From: a virus
Length of the DNA stretch: 64,000 bases
Reading direction: 5' to 3' (one strand)
Virus record (IMG/VR): IMGVR_UViG_3300032287_003622
Coordinates: 32,001 to 96,000 of that record
The translations under genes and the position numbers were made by a program. This document shows positions 8,978 to 17,824 of this stretch, one piece after another. The notes below the pieces were generated by a model. It did not search any database. It was given only the letters and a program-made list of their open reading frames with translations, and was not told where the DNA came from. Numbering within the stretch: the first letter of the stretch is position 1; each line of letters begins with the position of its first letter.

Positions 8978-10212
8978 CAAACATTGGATTTATTGGGTTG
9001 GGCAAACTGGGCATGGACGCAGCAGAAGTGTTCGCCCAACATTACAAAGTTCGCGGCTACGATATCTTGCCAAGAACATCAGACACAGTTGAGGTGTGTG
9101 ATATTCGAGAAGTAGTGCAGGCCAGCGATTGGATTTTTGTTGCTGTGCCTACTCCGCATGCTGAGGGCTACGATGGTTCAGTTCCGTCAAGTCATATGAC
9201 TCCCCGAGACTTTGGACACGACGCTGTGCAAGACAGTTTGATCAAGATAAATCACTTTGCGACCACACCCAAAAAAGTAGTGTTAATCAGCACTGTGTTG
9301 CCAGGCACCACCAGACAACGTTTTGTAGGACTGTTAAACAAACAACATCAATTCTTGTATAATCCTTACTTGATTGCCATGGGATCAGTCAAATGGGACA
9401 TGGTCAATCCAGAAATGATCATGATTGGCACCGAACATGGAGATCGCACTGAACTGGCCGAAGAACTGGTAGAACTTTACCGCCCTATGGTTCAAAACAA
9501 TCCCAGATTTGAAATCGGGACCTGGGAAGAGTGCGAAGCCATCAAGATATTTTACAACACGTTTATCAGCGCCAAGGTTGGATTGGTCAACATGATACAA
9601 GATTTTGCCCAACGCATAGGAAACATCAATGTAGATGTGGTGACCTCGGCCTTAGCACGTAGCACCATGCGTATCATGGGACCCAAGTATATGACCGCAG
9701 GCATGGGCGATGCCGGTGCTTGCCATCCCCGAGACAACATAGCCCTGCGCTGGTTGGCCGAAGAATATGATATTGGTTATGACTTGTTTGATACCATCAT
9801 GTTGGCACGAGAACAACAGGCTCGCAATCTTGCCCGATTCTTGATCGAGCTAGCCAACAAGCACAATTTGCCCGTGGTCATCCACGGCAAAGCCTACAAA
9901 CCCGATGTGCCTTACTGCATCGGCAGTTATTCGACCTTGATCGGGCACTATGTTCAAGAGCTGGGTCAGCAAATATTTTACGTCGACCCTTTAGCCGATG
10001 ATCAGACATCAGTGGTCTCAGATGTAGACCGTGCCGTGGTGCTCATGGCACACAATCGATCTGTGACCTACAACTATGTAGACGGAGATCATACCGATCA
10101 TTTTTATTATGATATCAAGCCCGGTAGCGTGATAGTCGACCCTTGGCGCCAACTGCCTCTGGACCTGTTGGGTATGACCGTGATACATTACGGAAATACT
10201 CGTCGAAAATGA
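8974..10212 (+). CDS. UDP-glucose/GDP-mannose dehydrogenase
   Basis: Motifs GLGKLG, STVLPGT, K..YNTFIS, GACHPRD and GKAYKP. Confidence 0.88.
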   Translation: MTNIGFIGLGKLGMDAAEVFAQHYKVRGYDILPRTSDTVEVCDIREVVQASDWIFVAVPTPHAEGYDGSVPSSHMTPRDFGHDAVQDSLIKINHFATTPKKVVLISTVLPGTTRQRFVGLLNKQHQFLYNPYLIAMGSVKWDMVNPEMIMIGTEHGDRTELAEELVELYRPMVQNNPRFEIGTWEECEAIKIFYNTFISAKVGLVNMIQDFAQRIGNINVDVVTSALARSTMRIMGPKYMTAGMGDAGACHPRDNIALRWLAEEYDIGYDLFDTIMLAREQQARNLARFLIELANKHNLPVVIHGKAYKPDVPYCIGSYSTLIGHYVQELGQQIFYVDPLADDQTSVVSDVDRAVVLMAHNRSVTYNYVDGDHTDHFYYDIKPGSVIVDPWRQLPLDLLGMTVIHYGNTRRK

Positions 10213-10442
10213 GCCCTATACCAGAACACATTGGTCGTTTAGATGGAGGTTTTTACATTCGAGCTGAATGGCGATTGTGTAGAGTGCTATGGCCACATCG
10301 TTGTGAACTCACAGGACGTAGGTTGTGGCCAGGAACCTTGGCCTATCGTGGTCGTGCTGAGTGGCATGGTCCAGGAACTCCAGTGGTAGAAGAACATTGG
10401 CACAACAAAGTAGAACATTTAATATGGCAACTAAAGGAGTAA
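10209..10442 (+). CDS. hypothetical protein
   Basis: ATGA-coupled to the upstream gene. Confidence 0.55.
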   Translation: MSPIPEHIGRLDGGFYIRAEWRLCRVLWPHRCELTGRRLWPGTLAYRGRAEWHGPGTPVVEEHWHNKVEHLIWQLKE

Positions 10443-10444
10443 TC

Positions 10445-11407
10445 ATGAATAAAATGACAATTTGGCCCCTTTGGGCCTCGGCAGTATTGATCACTTGGTT
10501 ATACTTGATCTTGACTGGGCCAGGATTCGCTCTCTATGACACACACTGGCTTTATGCCTTGATGATGGTATTTGGAAGTGCTGTAGCTGGATTCACTCCC
10601 GAAGGTGGTGGGGCTGTGGCATTTCCTATTTTGAGTTTGTATTTTAATATTACTGCTCCAGCAGCCAGAGATTTTAGTTTAGCCATACAAAGTATTGGCA
10701 TGGTATCAGCAGCCATATGGATTCTCACACGCAAAGGACACAGTCTACACACCTTTAGACACATACCATTTTATGCGGCTGTGAACATGCTGGGATTTGT
10801 GATAATGACTGCGGTGGCTGGTGCCTTTGCTTTCAAGACCATACAGATGTTGTTTGTTAGTTTGGCCTTGGCCTTTATTGTGGCCTACTTGATCAGCCGT
10901 GGTCGCAGCACTGTGGATGATGTTGAGCTCAAAGGATCTCGATTTGTCAGTTTCATGATATTTTCATTCGTTGGCGGCTGTGCGTCCGCCATGTTTGGTA
11001 CCGGAAGTGATATGTTGATCTATATTGCTTTGACCTGTTACTATGGCATGAAAGAAAAGATCAGCACCGACATCAGCATTGTTCTCATGGCCGTAATCAC
11101 GGTATTTGGTATTGCTTATAGAGGTCTATTCCTGGATGCTGTGCATCCAGACGTTTATTTGATGTGGCTGGCAGCTGCACCGGTGGTTTTGTTTTTCGCA
11201 CCATTTGGCAATATCCTGTTGGGATGGGTAAAAAAAGAAACCATGCTGTATACTGTGCTTGCCATGAATGCTGTGAATTATTTTTACTTTATAAGCAAGA
11301 ATATAAATTTAATTGTGCCTACAACTATTGCACTTGTGTCATTTGTTGCACTATTTGTTGCCAGCTTTTATGTCAAAAGACTAAGGAAAAAAAATGAAAC
11401 TGTTTGA
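10445..11407 (+). CDS. TauE/SafE family membrane transporter
   Basis: About 9 hydrophobic helices; AG.TPEGGGAVAFP motif; GGAG SD upstream. Confidence 0.75.
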   Translation: MNKMTIWPLWASAVLITWLYLILTGPGFALYDTHWLYALMMVFGSAVAGFTPEGGGAVAFPILSLYFNITAPAARDFSLAIQSIGMVSAAIWILTRKGHSLHTFRHIPFYAAVNMLGFVIMTAVAGAFAFKTIQMLFVSLALAFIVAYLISRGRSTVDDVELKGSRFVSFMIFSFVGGCASAMFGTGSDMLIYIALTCYYGMKEKISTDISIVLMAVITVFGIAYRGLFLDAVHPDVYLMWLAAAPVVLFFAPFGNILLGWVKKETMLYTVLAMNAVNYFYFISKNINLIVPTTIALVSFVALFVASFYVKRLRKKNETV

Positions 11408-11780
11408 TCGTTTTTTGAAAAAGAAACCCGAAACAAAAAAAGAAACACCACCTCCCAAACCCAAAAAGTCCGAAAAAGAATTGGCCACCGAACGTGGCGA
11501 ACCTTATGTGTCTATACTCAGCATGGAAATTGATCCAGAAAACATGCAGAGTGGTGCATTTGAGCTAGACTGGAACGAAAAATTTGTAGCTAATCTGATA
11601 CGTGCTGGCTATCAAATGGATGCCAAAGATACCGACTCTGACATAGTGGATCGTTGGTTTACAGCAGTGTGTCGTAACATCGTTCTTGAAACCTACGAGC
11701 AATACGAAGCTATGAATCCCGAGCGAGACAGATTGATCAAGACCCGTGATTTAGGTGATGGCAGATCGGAAGTATCATGA
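11394..11780 (+). CDS. hypothetical phage protein
   Basis: Coupled ORF with GAFELDWN...VDRWF motif. Confidence 0.7.
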   Translation: MKLFDRFLKKKPETKKETPPPKPKKSEKELATERGEPYVSILSMEIDPENMQSGAFELDWNEKFVANLIRAGYQMDAKDTDSDIVDRWFTAVCRNIVLETYEQYEAMNPERDRLIKTRDLGDGRSEVS

Positions 11781-12310
11781 TATTCAATCACATCAAACAA
11801 CTACATGCCGAAGGTAAAAAGATCGGCATCACATTTTCAACATTTGACATGTTGCATGCTGGACACATAGCCATGCTATCAGAAGCCAAAAATCATTGCG
11901 ATTATCTAATTTGTGGTTTACAAACTGATCCAACTATAGATCGTCCTGATACCAAGAATCGTCCGGTGCAGAGCATAGTGGAACGTCAGATACAGTTGGC
12001 CGCTTGCCGTTATGTTGACGAAGTGGTGGTCTACCAAACCGAACAGGACTTGGTGGACTTGTTGCTGATCCTGCCCGTGGATGTGCGTATCCTGGGCGTG
12101 GAATACGAAGATAAAGCATTCACAGGCAAACAAGAATGCTGGCAACGCGGCATTGAAATTGTTTACAACGGGCGTGATCACTCGTTCAGCTCCAGCAGTC
12201 TGCGCAAACGGGTGGCACAGGCCGAAAGCGAAAGATTGCTCAAAAACGGCCCGGTTGAGAAGGATCTAGAGATTCCTATCAATCCACAAGACTATATCCA
12301 ACTGAGATGA
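11777..12310 (+). CDS. cytidylyltransferase (TagD-like)
   Basis: HxGH motif FDMLHAGH; R.H.FSSS.LR. Confidence 0.85.
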   Translation: MIFNHIKQLHAEGKKIGITFSTFDMLHAGHIAMLSEAKNHCDYLICGLQTDPTIDRPDTKNRPVQSIVERQIQLAACRYVDEVVVYQTEQDLVDLLLILPVDVRILGVEYEDKAFTGKQECWQRGIEIVYNGRDHSFSSSSLRKRVAQAESERLLKNGPVEKDLEIPINPQDYIQLR

Positions 12311-12933
12311 TTTTATACGTCAATGGTGACAGTCACAGTTTGGGCATCAACCTCGAAACCAAAGATACCTATGCGGCACGTGTGTCACACGCACTGGAAC
12401 TGGAGCTGATAAATCATGCCACTATTGGTGCCAGCAATCAACGCATATTGAGAACCACTCATGAATATCTAGAAAACAACACTTCGGATTTGATCATAAT
12501 AGGATGGAGCACCTGGGAGCGTGAAGAATGGCAAGACGCTGACAGATACTATGATGTCAACAGTTCTGGTTCAGATCATTTGCCTAAATATTTGCAAGAG
12601 AAATATAAAATCTGGGTTACTCAACAAGATGCTGATACCATGGACGCCAAATCAAGAATGTGGCATGAAAAAATTTATCAATTACACACCGATCTATGTT
12701 TGAGACAAATACCGCATGTGTTTTTCAATTGCATGTATAATTTTTTCTCTATCAAACAGCCGCTAGATTGGAAAAATTGCTACATAGGTCCTTATGAAAA
12801 TGAACGTAGTTTTTATTGGTATCTATGCAATCAGGGTTACAAAACAGATACCTGGTATCATCATGGAGCACAGGCACATGGTGCCTGGGCAGACTTGTTG
12901 TTAGATCACCTAGACCGTTACGAAATCCTATGA
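12307..12933 (+). CDS. SGNH/GDSL-like protein
   Basis: Motifs NGDSH, GASNQRI and C-terminal H...H. Confidence 0.6.
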   Translation: MILYVNGDSHSLGINLETKDTYAARVSHALELELINHATIGASNQRILRTTHEYLENNTSDLIIIGWSTWEREEWQDADRYYDVNSSGSDHLPKYLQEKYKIWVTQQDADTMDAKSRMWHEKIYQLHTDLCLRQIPHVFFNCMYNFFSIKQPLDWKNCYIGPYENERSFYWYLCNQGYKTDTWYHHGAQAHGAWADLLLDHLDRYEIL

Positions 12934-13634
12934 TACTTTACACCAACGGAGATAGTCATACCGCAGCTGCCGAAGCTGTAAATCCGCATGCCTTTGCCGA
13001 AGATGATTCACAGTATTTCTATATGGGACGAGCTCCACATCCTGACAACCTGGCCGCGAGTTGGAGCAAGCTATTGGCCAATACACTGAATGCCGGACTC
13101 AAATGTGAAGCAGAAAGTGGAAGTTCCAATGCCCGGATAATGAGATCCACACGCGATTGGTTGCAACAACATGGCAAAGATTTTGATCATCTGCTGGTGA
13201 TTATTCAATGGAGCACCTGGGAGCGTGAAGAATGGTTGAACCAAGGGCAATATCTGCAGGTAGGAGCCAGTGGCACCGATCATGTTCCTCAAGAACTGCA
13301 AGAACGATACAAAAATTATGTGATTGGCACAGACTGGAATCAAAAAACTCAGCAAGCACACGACGACGTTTGGGCCTTCCATCTCGAACTCAGTGAAAAA
13401 CGGATACCACATATATTTTTCAATGGCAACAATGATTTCAGCAAAATCAACTATAAAAAGGACTGGGGAGTCAGCTACATAGGACCTTACGATCCCAAAA
13501 TGACCTATGATGCCATAATCCGAGCACAAGGCATAGACACAGTTGCACCCAATTCCTGGCATTTTGGACGCGATGGCCATAGCTATTTTCACCGTTTTGT
13601 GTTACAATATATTATTTCTAACAAATTCATCTAA
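12930..13634 (+). CDS. SGNH/GDSL-like protein (paralog of the upstream gene)
   Basis: Motifs NGDSH, GSSNARI; WSTWEREEW shared with 12307. Confidence 0.6.
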   Translation: MILYTNGDSHTAAAEAVNPHAFAEDDSQYFYMGRAPHPDNLAASWSKLLANTLNAGLKCEAESGSSNARIMRSTRDWLQQHGKDFDHLLVIIQWSTWEREEWLNQGQYLQVGASGTDHVPQELQERYKNYVIGTDWNQKTQQAHDDVWAFHLELSEKRIPHIFFNGNNDFSKINYKKDWGVSYIGPYDPKMTYDAIIRAQGIDTVAPNSWHFGRDGHSYFHRFVLQYIISNKFI

Positions 13635-13643
13635 GGCGGTTGT

Positions 13644-14654
13644 ATGAAGTATGTGCTGATTGACACAGCAAACATGTTCTTTCGTGCAAGACACGGTGCT
13701 TTTCGCGCCAGTGACACCTGGGAAAAATTAGGCTTTGCTCTGCATGTCACGTTAATGGCCGCCAACAAGGTGGCCCGACGCTTTGAGGCGGATCACGTGG
13801 TTTTTGCATTAGAGGGTCGTAGCTGGCGCAAGGACTTGTATAAACCCTACAAAAACAACCGTGCCGTGGCCCGTGCTGCACTCACAGAAAACGAGCTAGA
13901 AGAAGATAAAATGTTTTGGGAAACCTATGACGCTTTGACTAAATACTTGAGCGACAGGACCAATTGCAGCGTTATACGGTGTCCGACCGCAGAAGGCGAC
14001 GATATCATAGCTCGCTGGATTGCACTACATCCCCAAGATGAACATGTTATAATTAGCAGTGACACTGATTTTGTTCAGCTAGTTGCCGCGAACGTCAAGC
14101 AGTATAACGGAATCACCGACGAATTGATCACTCTAGAAGGAATCTTTGATGCCAAAGGAAAATCGGTCATCGACAAGAAAACAAAAGAAGCCAAGCAAAT
14201 CCCAGATCCGCAGTGGTTACTTTTCGAAAAGTGCATGCGAGGCGATAGCAGCGACAATGTGTTCTCTGCTTTTCCAGGCGTCCGTACTCGGGGAACTAAA
14301 AACAAGGTCGGCCTCCAAGAAGCCTTTGAGGACAAAAACAAAAAAGGCTATGCCTGGAACAACTTGATGTTGCAACGCTGGACCGACCCCGACGGTGTAG
14401 AACATCGTGTGTTGGATGATTATGAAAGGAATCGCACTTTGATTGATCTCACTGAACAACCCGAAAAGGTCAAGGCTGTAGTAGACAGTGCCATACGTGA
14501 ACAGATCAGTCACAAGGACGTGGGCCAGGTGGGAGTCAGGTTCATGCAGTTTTGTGGAAAATATGAACTTAACAAATGCAGTGAATCCGCAGAAAGTTTT
14601 GGTCGTTGGATGAATCAAACATACAAAGGAGTTCTCAATGAAATTGATAGCTAA
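13644..14654 (+). CDS. 5'-3' exonuclease / T4 RNase H-like flap nuclease
   Basis: Motifs LID, WRK..Y..YK.NR, EGDDII, SSDTDF.QL and GDSSDNV. Confidence 0.88.
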   Translation: MKYVLIDTANMFFRARHGAFRASDTWEKLGFALHVTLMAANKVARRFEADHVVFALEGRSWRKDLYKPYKNNRAVARAALTENELEEDKMFWETYDALTKYLSDRTNCSVIRCPTAEGDDIIARWIALHPQDEHVIISSDTDFVQLVAANVKQYNGITDELITLEGIFDAKGKSVIDKKTKEAKQIPDPQWLLFEKCMRGDSSDNVFSAFPGVRTRGTKNKVGLQEAFEDKNKKGYAWNNLMLQRWTDPDGVEHRVLDDYERNRTLIDLTEQPEKVKAVVDSAIREQISHKDVGQVGVRFMQFCGKYELNKCSESAESFGRWMNQTYKGVLNEIDS

Positions 14655-15096
14655 ACCAGTAATAGACAAACAATTTTGGATCTTGCAAGACGGCAATCAA
14701 AAAATTGGTAACATAGAAGCCTGTGCCGGGGGCTACCAAGTTAAAATCCGCAATCAAGTGGCACAGTTCAAGACCATCAAGATGGCGGCCAGAACTGTGA
14801 ATATAGAATTTGAACCGGCTGTGAAAAAATCACAATCAAAACCTAGCACAGATTCGGTACATGGATATCCAGTTGCAGGACGTGTTCATAATCCCATGTG
14901 GGACGTTCCACAACAATTGCCCGTCTACACCAAGACAGCCAAAAGTAAATCGTGGTTCGCAGCCGGTTGGTACAACGTCAAGCGAGGAAGACAGTGGCGG
15001 ACCATACATGCTCCCAAACTGATCATGTTGCAACGCTATCCCTACCAAGGACCTTTCCAATCCGAGCAAGAGGCCAATGACCATACATCTCAATAA
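14638..15096 (+). CDS. hypothetical phage protein
   Basis: AGGAG SD; coupled ORF. Confidence 0.7.
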   Translation: MKLIAKPVIDKQFWILQDGNQKIGNIEACAGGYQVKIRNQVAQFKTIKMAARTVNIEFEPAVKKSQSKPSTDSVHGYPVAGRVHNPMWDVPQQLPVYTKTAKSKSWFAAGWYNVKRGRQWRTIHAPKLIMLQRYPYQGPFQSEQEANDHTSQ

Positions 15097-15286
15097 ATTT
15101 GTTGATCGTGTGCGGGGTCATGAGTCGCGTGGTGCACGAGACTTTGTGATGAGCATGGCCGATGCCAAGGATCTACATGCGGACATCACACGACTGTTGG
15201 CAGAACTGGTTTCCTTGCGATCACAGCTGGAACAACAACAAGATACGCAGGTCATTACCGTAAAAATGAACGGGGGCAGTTTCTAA
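15077..15286 (+). CDS. hypothetical protein
   Basis: Coupled ORF with GAGG SD. Confidence 0.6.
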   Translation: MTIHLNKFVDRVRGHESRGARDFVMSMADAKDLHADITRLLAELVSLRSQLEQQQDTQVITVKMNGGSF

Positions 15287-15331
15287 ATCTACATATATTT
15301 TGGCATAAATAACATGTAGGAGTTTAATGCC

Positions 15332-15619
15332 ATGAGCCGACCCAAACCCAGTGTCATAATCGAACACGCCAACAAAAGCACATACAAAACCGAGCAGGTC
15401 CTGGCCAGCGAAGGTGTATGGGCGGTTTTCTATGATTCACGTCCCATCAATCTAAAAACTTCAAATCTCTTGGTGCAATATCCTGGGCCCAAATACAAAA
15501 AAGTAAGTTTCAGCAATCCCGGGCATGCCCGTAACTTGGCCCGCAGACTCAACACACAATTCAAGACCGACAAGTTCACAGTGGTTCTGCTTAAATCGGG
15601 CGATCAGGTCTATCCTTGA
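15332..15619 (+). CDS. hypothetical phage protein
   Basis: AGGAG SD; CATAAATA upstream; PGPKYKKVSFSNPGHA motif. Confidence 0.7.
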   Translation: MSRPKPSVIIEHANKSTYKTEQVLASEGVWAVFYDSRPINLKTSNLLVQYPGPKYKKVSFSNPGHARNLARRLNTQFKTDKFTVVLLKSGDQVYP

Positions 15620-15620
15620 T

Positions 15621-15992
15621 GTGCGAGACAAAAGAAAACTGACCGAACAATTGGTGCGCCAACTGGACCCAGATCTGGGCATAACAGCCAAATTGGCCAT
15701 GCACACCTGGTGGTTCAATATAAGAAAAACTGGAGGCATGCGACTGACCGGCCCAGGTTATCGTGTGTTTACCGAAGAGTTGGATCTGTCCCGTTACGAA
15801 TTTGCCATACCTGACCCACATCAATTCAATCAACACGTGATCCTGGATTTAGATAGGAAAATGCAAATGCCTTACTATATTTCGGCCACCAAAGGCATAC
15901 CCAAAAAAATTGTGTTTTTTGGAAGCAAAGAAGCGGTCATGGTAAACTTATATGGTAATCTCAAACAATTTCTTGACAACTACCGGCCTTGA
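15621..15992 (+). CDS. hypothetical protein (GTG start inferred)
   Basis: In-frame GTG immediately after the upstream stop codon. Confidence 0.6.
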   Translation: MRDKRKLTEQLVRQLDPDLGITAKLAMHTWWFNIRKTGGMRLTGPGYRVFTEELDLSRYEFAIPDPHQFNQHVILDLDRKMQMPYYISATKGIPKKIVFFGSKEAVMVNLYGNLKQFLDNYRP

Positions 15993-16001
15993 TGCTATAC
16001 T
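15973..16001 (+). promoter_or_regulatory. sigma70 promoter for tRNA(CAU)
   Basis: TTGACA-17 nt-TATACT with extended -10 TG. Confidence 0.75.
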
Positions 16002-16009
16002 GTAAATCA

Positions 16010-16097
16010 GGGCCGAACGCCGTATGGTTTGCAGGCACCGGCCTCATAAGCCGGCTCAGAAATGACACTGTGGGTTCAAATCCCTCTCGGCCCACCA
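16010..16097 (+). tRNA. tRNA with CAU anticodon (Ile2 or Met) carrying an extra variable-arm hairpin
   Basis: Acceptor GGGCCGA/TCGGCCC plus ACCA; anticodon arm CCGGC-CTCATAA-GCCGG; T-loop TTCAAAT; variable hairpin TCA-GAAA-TGA. Confidence 0.85.
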
Positions 16098-16110
16098 AAA
16101 CAAGGTAAAT

Positions 16111-16293
16111 ATGATGACCGTGGAACAGCAAAAGAAGCAGCCAGTAGAAAGTTATTACTACTCCGAAGACGAGTGGAACAGGCTGGGTTGTGGCCCATTG
16201 CCACCCGAACGTGATCGTGCTCGCCAACTTGAAAATGTGGCCGCACGAGGCAATCCTGTCATTGACGGCAAAAACATCAAAGGGTATAATTAA
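16111..16293 (+). CDS. hypothetical protein
   Basis: 60-aa ORF with AAGG SD. Confidence 0.55.
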   Translation: MMTVEQQKKQPVESYYYSEDEWNRLGCGPLPPERDRARQLENVAARGNPVIDGKNIKGYN

Positions 16294-16294
16294 C

Positions 16295-16378
16295 ATGTGG
16301 TTGATATTTTTTGCATTCATGGCCATAGTGATTTGCTATGGTATTATGTGGTTGAATGAACATCAGGACGAACAATGA
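16295..16378 (+). CDS. 27-aa single-TM peptide
   Basis: MWLIFFAFMAIVICYGIMWLNEHQDEQ; starts 1 nt after the upstream stop. Confidence 0.5.
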   Translation: MWLIFFAFMAIVICYGIMWLNEHQDEQ

Positions 16379-16467
16379 ACATATCTAAAAACATTCCCTG
16401 GGCGGCCATTGCGGCCCTGGCAGTATTTGTGGCCATGGGGGTTGTGGCTCACTTGTTTGGTAAATGA
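16375..16467 (+). CDS. 30-aa single-TM peptide
   Basis: MNISKNIPWAAIAALAVFVAMGVVAHLFGK; ATGA overlap with the upstream ORF. Confidence 0.5.
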   Translation: MNISKNIPWAAIAALAVFVAMGVVAHLFGK

Positions 16468-16468
16468 A

Positions 16469-16537
16469 ATGAATCAAGATCTCAGTTTTGCCATTGGTGT
16501 AGTTGTGGTAGCTATTGTGTTTTTATTGATTTTATAG
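16469..16537 (+). CDS. 22-aa single-TM peptide
   Basis: MNQDLSFAIGVVVVAIVFLLIL; starts 1 nt after the upstream stop. Confidence 0.45.
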   Translation: MNQDLSFAIGVVVVAIVFLLIL

Positions 16538-16577
16538 TTTCCACGTTTGACCAAACGTGGTGGTAGGACGGGCCCGA

Positions 16578-16606
16578 TTGACAAATAAATAGGTGTGTCG
16601 TATAAT
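16578..16606 (+). promoter_or_regulatory. sigma70 promoter for tmRNA
   Basis: Perfect TTGACA-17 nt-TATAAT. Confidence 0.8.
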
Positions 16607-16611
16607 ATTAA

Positions 16612-16865
16612 AGAATTGTAGTTTAATGCCTTGACAGAAAGGTGTTGCGGACTCGGGGGCAGTGCCCGACGGGTCCACCATAAGAGCATACTGTGTTTTT
16701 ATGATGGGCCCGACACAGTTTCGACGTGGCAACAAGTATGAACAGGATCTACACAGTAGGCGATGACTGTAAATCAAGCAAACCTAAATAACCGCTAATG
16801 ATGAGTTATTTCTAGCAGCCGCTTGATCGGTATGCGTGAGCAACTATGCTTAGAAACAGAAAATA
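16612..16865 (+). ncRNA. ssrA: circularly permuted two-piece tmRNA, tag (A)ANDELFLAAA
   Basis: Acceptor piece ends GAC-TCGGG-GGCAGTG-CCCGA-CGGGTCC-ACCA (16680). An intervening hairpin follows, then the coding piece starts GGGCCCGAC...TTCGAC (16706). The acceptor stem has G3.U70. Tag ORF is 16794-16826. Outer ends approximate. Confidence 0.88.
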
Positions 16866-16867
16866 GC

Positions 16868-16891
16868 AATAGGGCCTTCGGGCCCTATTTT
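16868..16891 (+). terminator. intrinsic terminator
   Basis: AATAGGGCC-TTCG-GGCCCTATT followed by TT. Confidence 0.85.
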
Positions 16892-17023
16892 GTTGACCAT
16901 AATAGACTCAGTTTACTCTAAATACCCGCAAAACCCCTGTAATTTTTGTTGGCCGTCAGTGAAAACCACTAAATAACTTGTTGGGTGTTCACCCAGCATT
17001 CTTTTAAAAGGAAAATCTCAAGC

Positions 17024-17764
17024 ATGAAAAAATTATTATTAGCATTGGCCTTGTCCGCTGGCTTTGTTGCCTCGGCTCAAGCTCAACTCACCGGCAATTT
17101 AGGTTTGACCAGCGACTACCGTTTCCGCGGTGTTAGCCAAACCCAAAATGCTCCTGCAGTTCAGGGCGGCATCGACTATGCACACAAGAGTGGCTTCTAC
17201 GTTGGTAACTGGAACAGCTCGGTCTCTAGCCAAGTCTACACCGCAGGTGCAGGTTTAGAAAGTGACTTGTATGCTGGTTACAAGAAAGAAATCTTCAAGG
17301 GCATCAGCATTGACGTTGGTAGCTACAACTATTTCTATCCACGTGCAACCACTTCAGCACGGACTGGTTCAAACTTTGACACCTATGAAGCCTATGTTGG
17401 TTTATCACATGGCGACCATATCAGTGCCAAGTATAGCAGAGTCCTAGGCGATGGCTATTTTGGTACAGCCAATGCTCAAGGCACAACCTACATGCAAGCC
17501 GATGGCAAGTTGCCAGTTCCTGTAATCAAGAACCTAGCAGTTGTAGCTCATTATGGTCGTACCAATGTGGCCAACAGTTCAACCTTGGATTACAATGACA
17601 TCAATGCTGGTATTGTTTACAGTCTACCCAAAGATTTTGATTTAAGTGTCAAGTATTTTACCAATACTGGCACCACAAGAACTTTTGAAACTGCAAACAC
17701 TGTGAGCGGTCAAAAACTCTACAAGAATGCAGTGGTAGTGGGCTTGACAAAAACTTTTAATTAA
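17024..17764 (+). CDS. TorF/TIGR02001 (gcw_chp)-like outer-membrane beta-barrel porin
   Basis: Signal peptide MKKLLLALALSAG..AQA; SDYRFRGVSQT..PAVQGG.DY.H.SGFYVGNW.S; DLYAGY; C-terminal TKTF. Confidence 0.85.
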   Translation: MKKLLLALALSAGFVASAQAQLTGNLGLTSDYRFRGVSQTQNAPAVQGGIDYAHKSGFYVGNWNSSVSSQVYTAGAGLESDLYAGYKKEIFKGISIDVGSYNYFYPRATTSARTGSNFDTYEAYVGLSHGDHISAKYSRVLGDGYFGTANAQGTTYMQADGKLPVPVIKNLAVVAHYGRTNVANSSTLDYNDINAGIVYSLPKDFDLSVKYFTNTGTTRTFETANTVSGQKLYKNAVVVGLTKTFN

Positions 17765-17779
17765 TTTTAAAAGTAATCC

Positions 17780-17812
17780 AAAAAAAAAAGCTCCTCCGGG
17801 AGCTTTTTTTTT
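17780..17812 (+). terminator. bidirectional intrinsic terminator
   Basis: A10-GCTCC-TCCG-GGAGC-T9. Confidence 0.85.
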
Positions 17813-17824
17813 GGTAAGTAATCC

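Noticed and set aside
17780-17812. A10/T9 homopolymers as phase-variation tracts
   Set aside because: They are intergenic flanks of a terminator hairpin.
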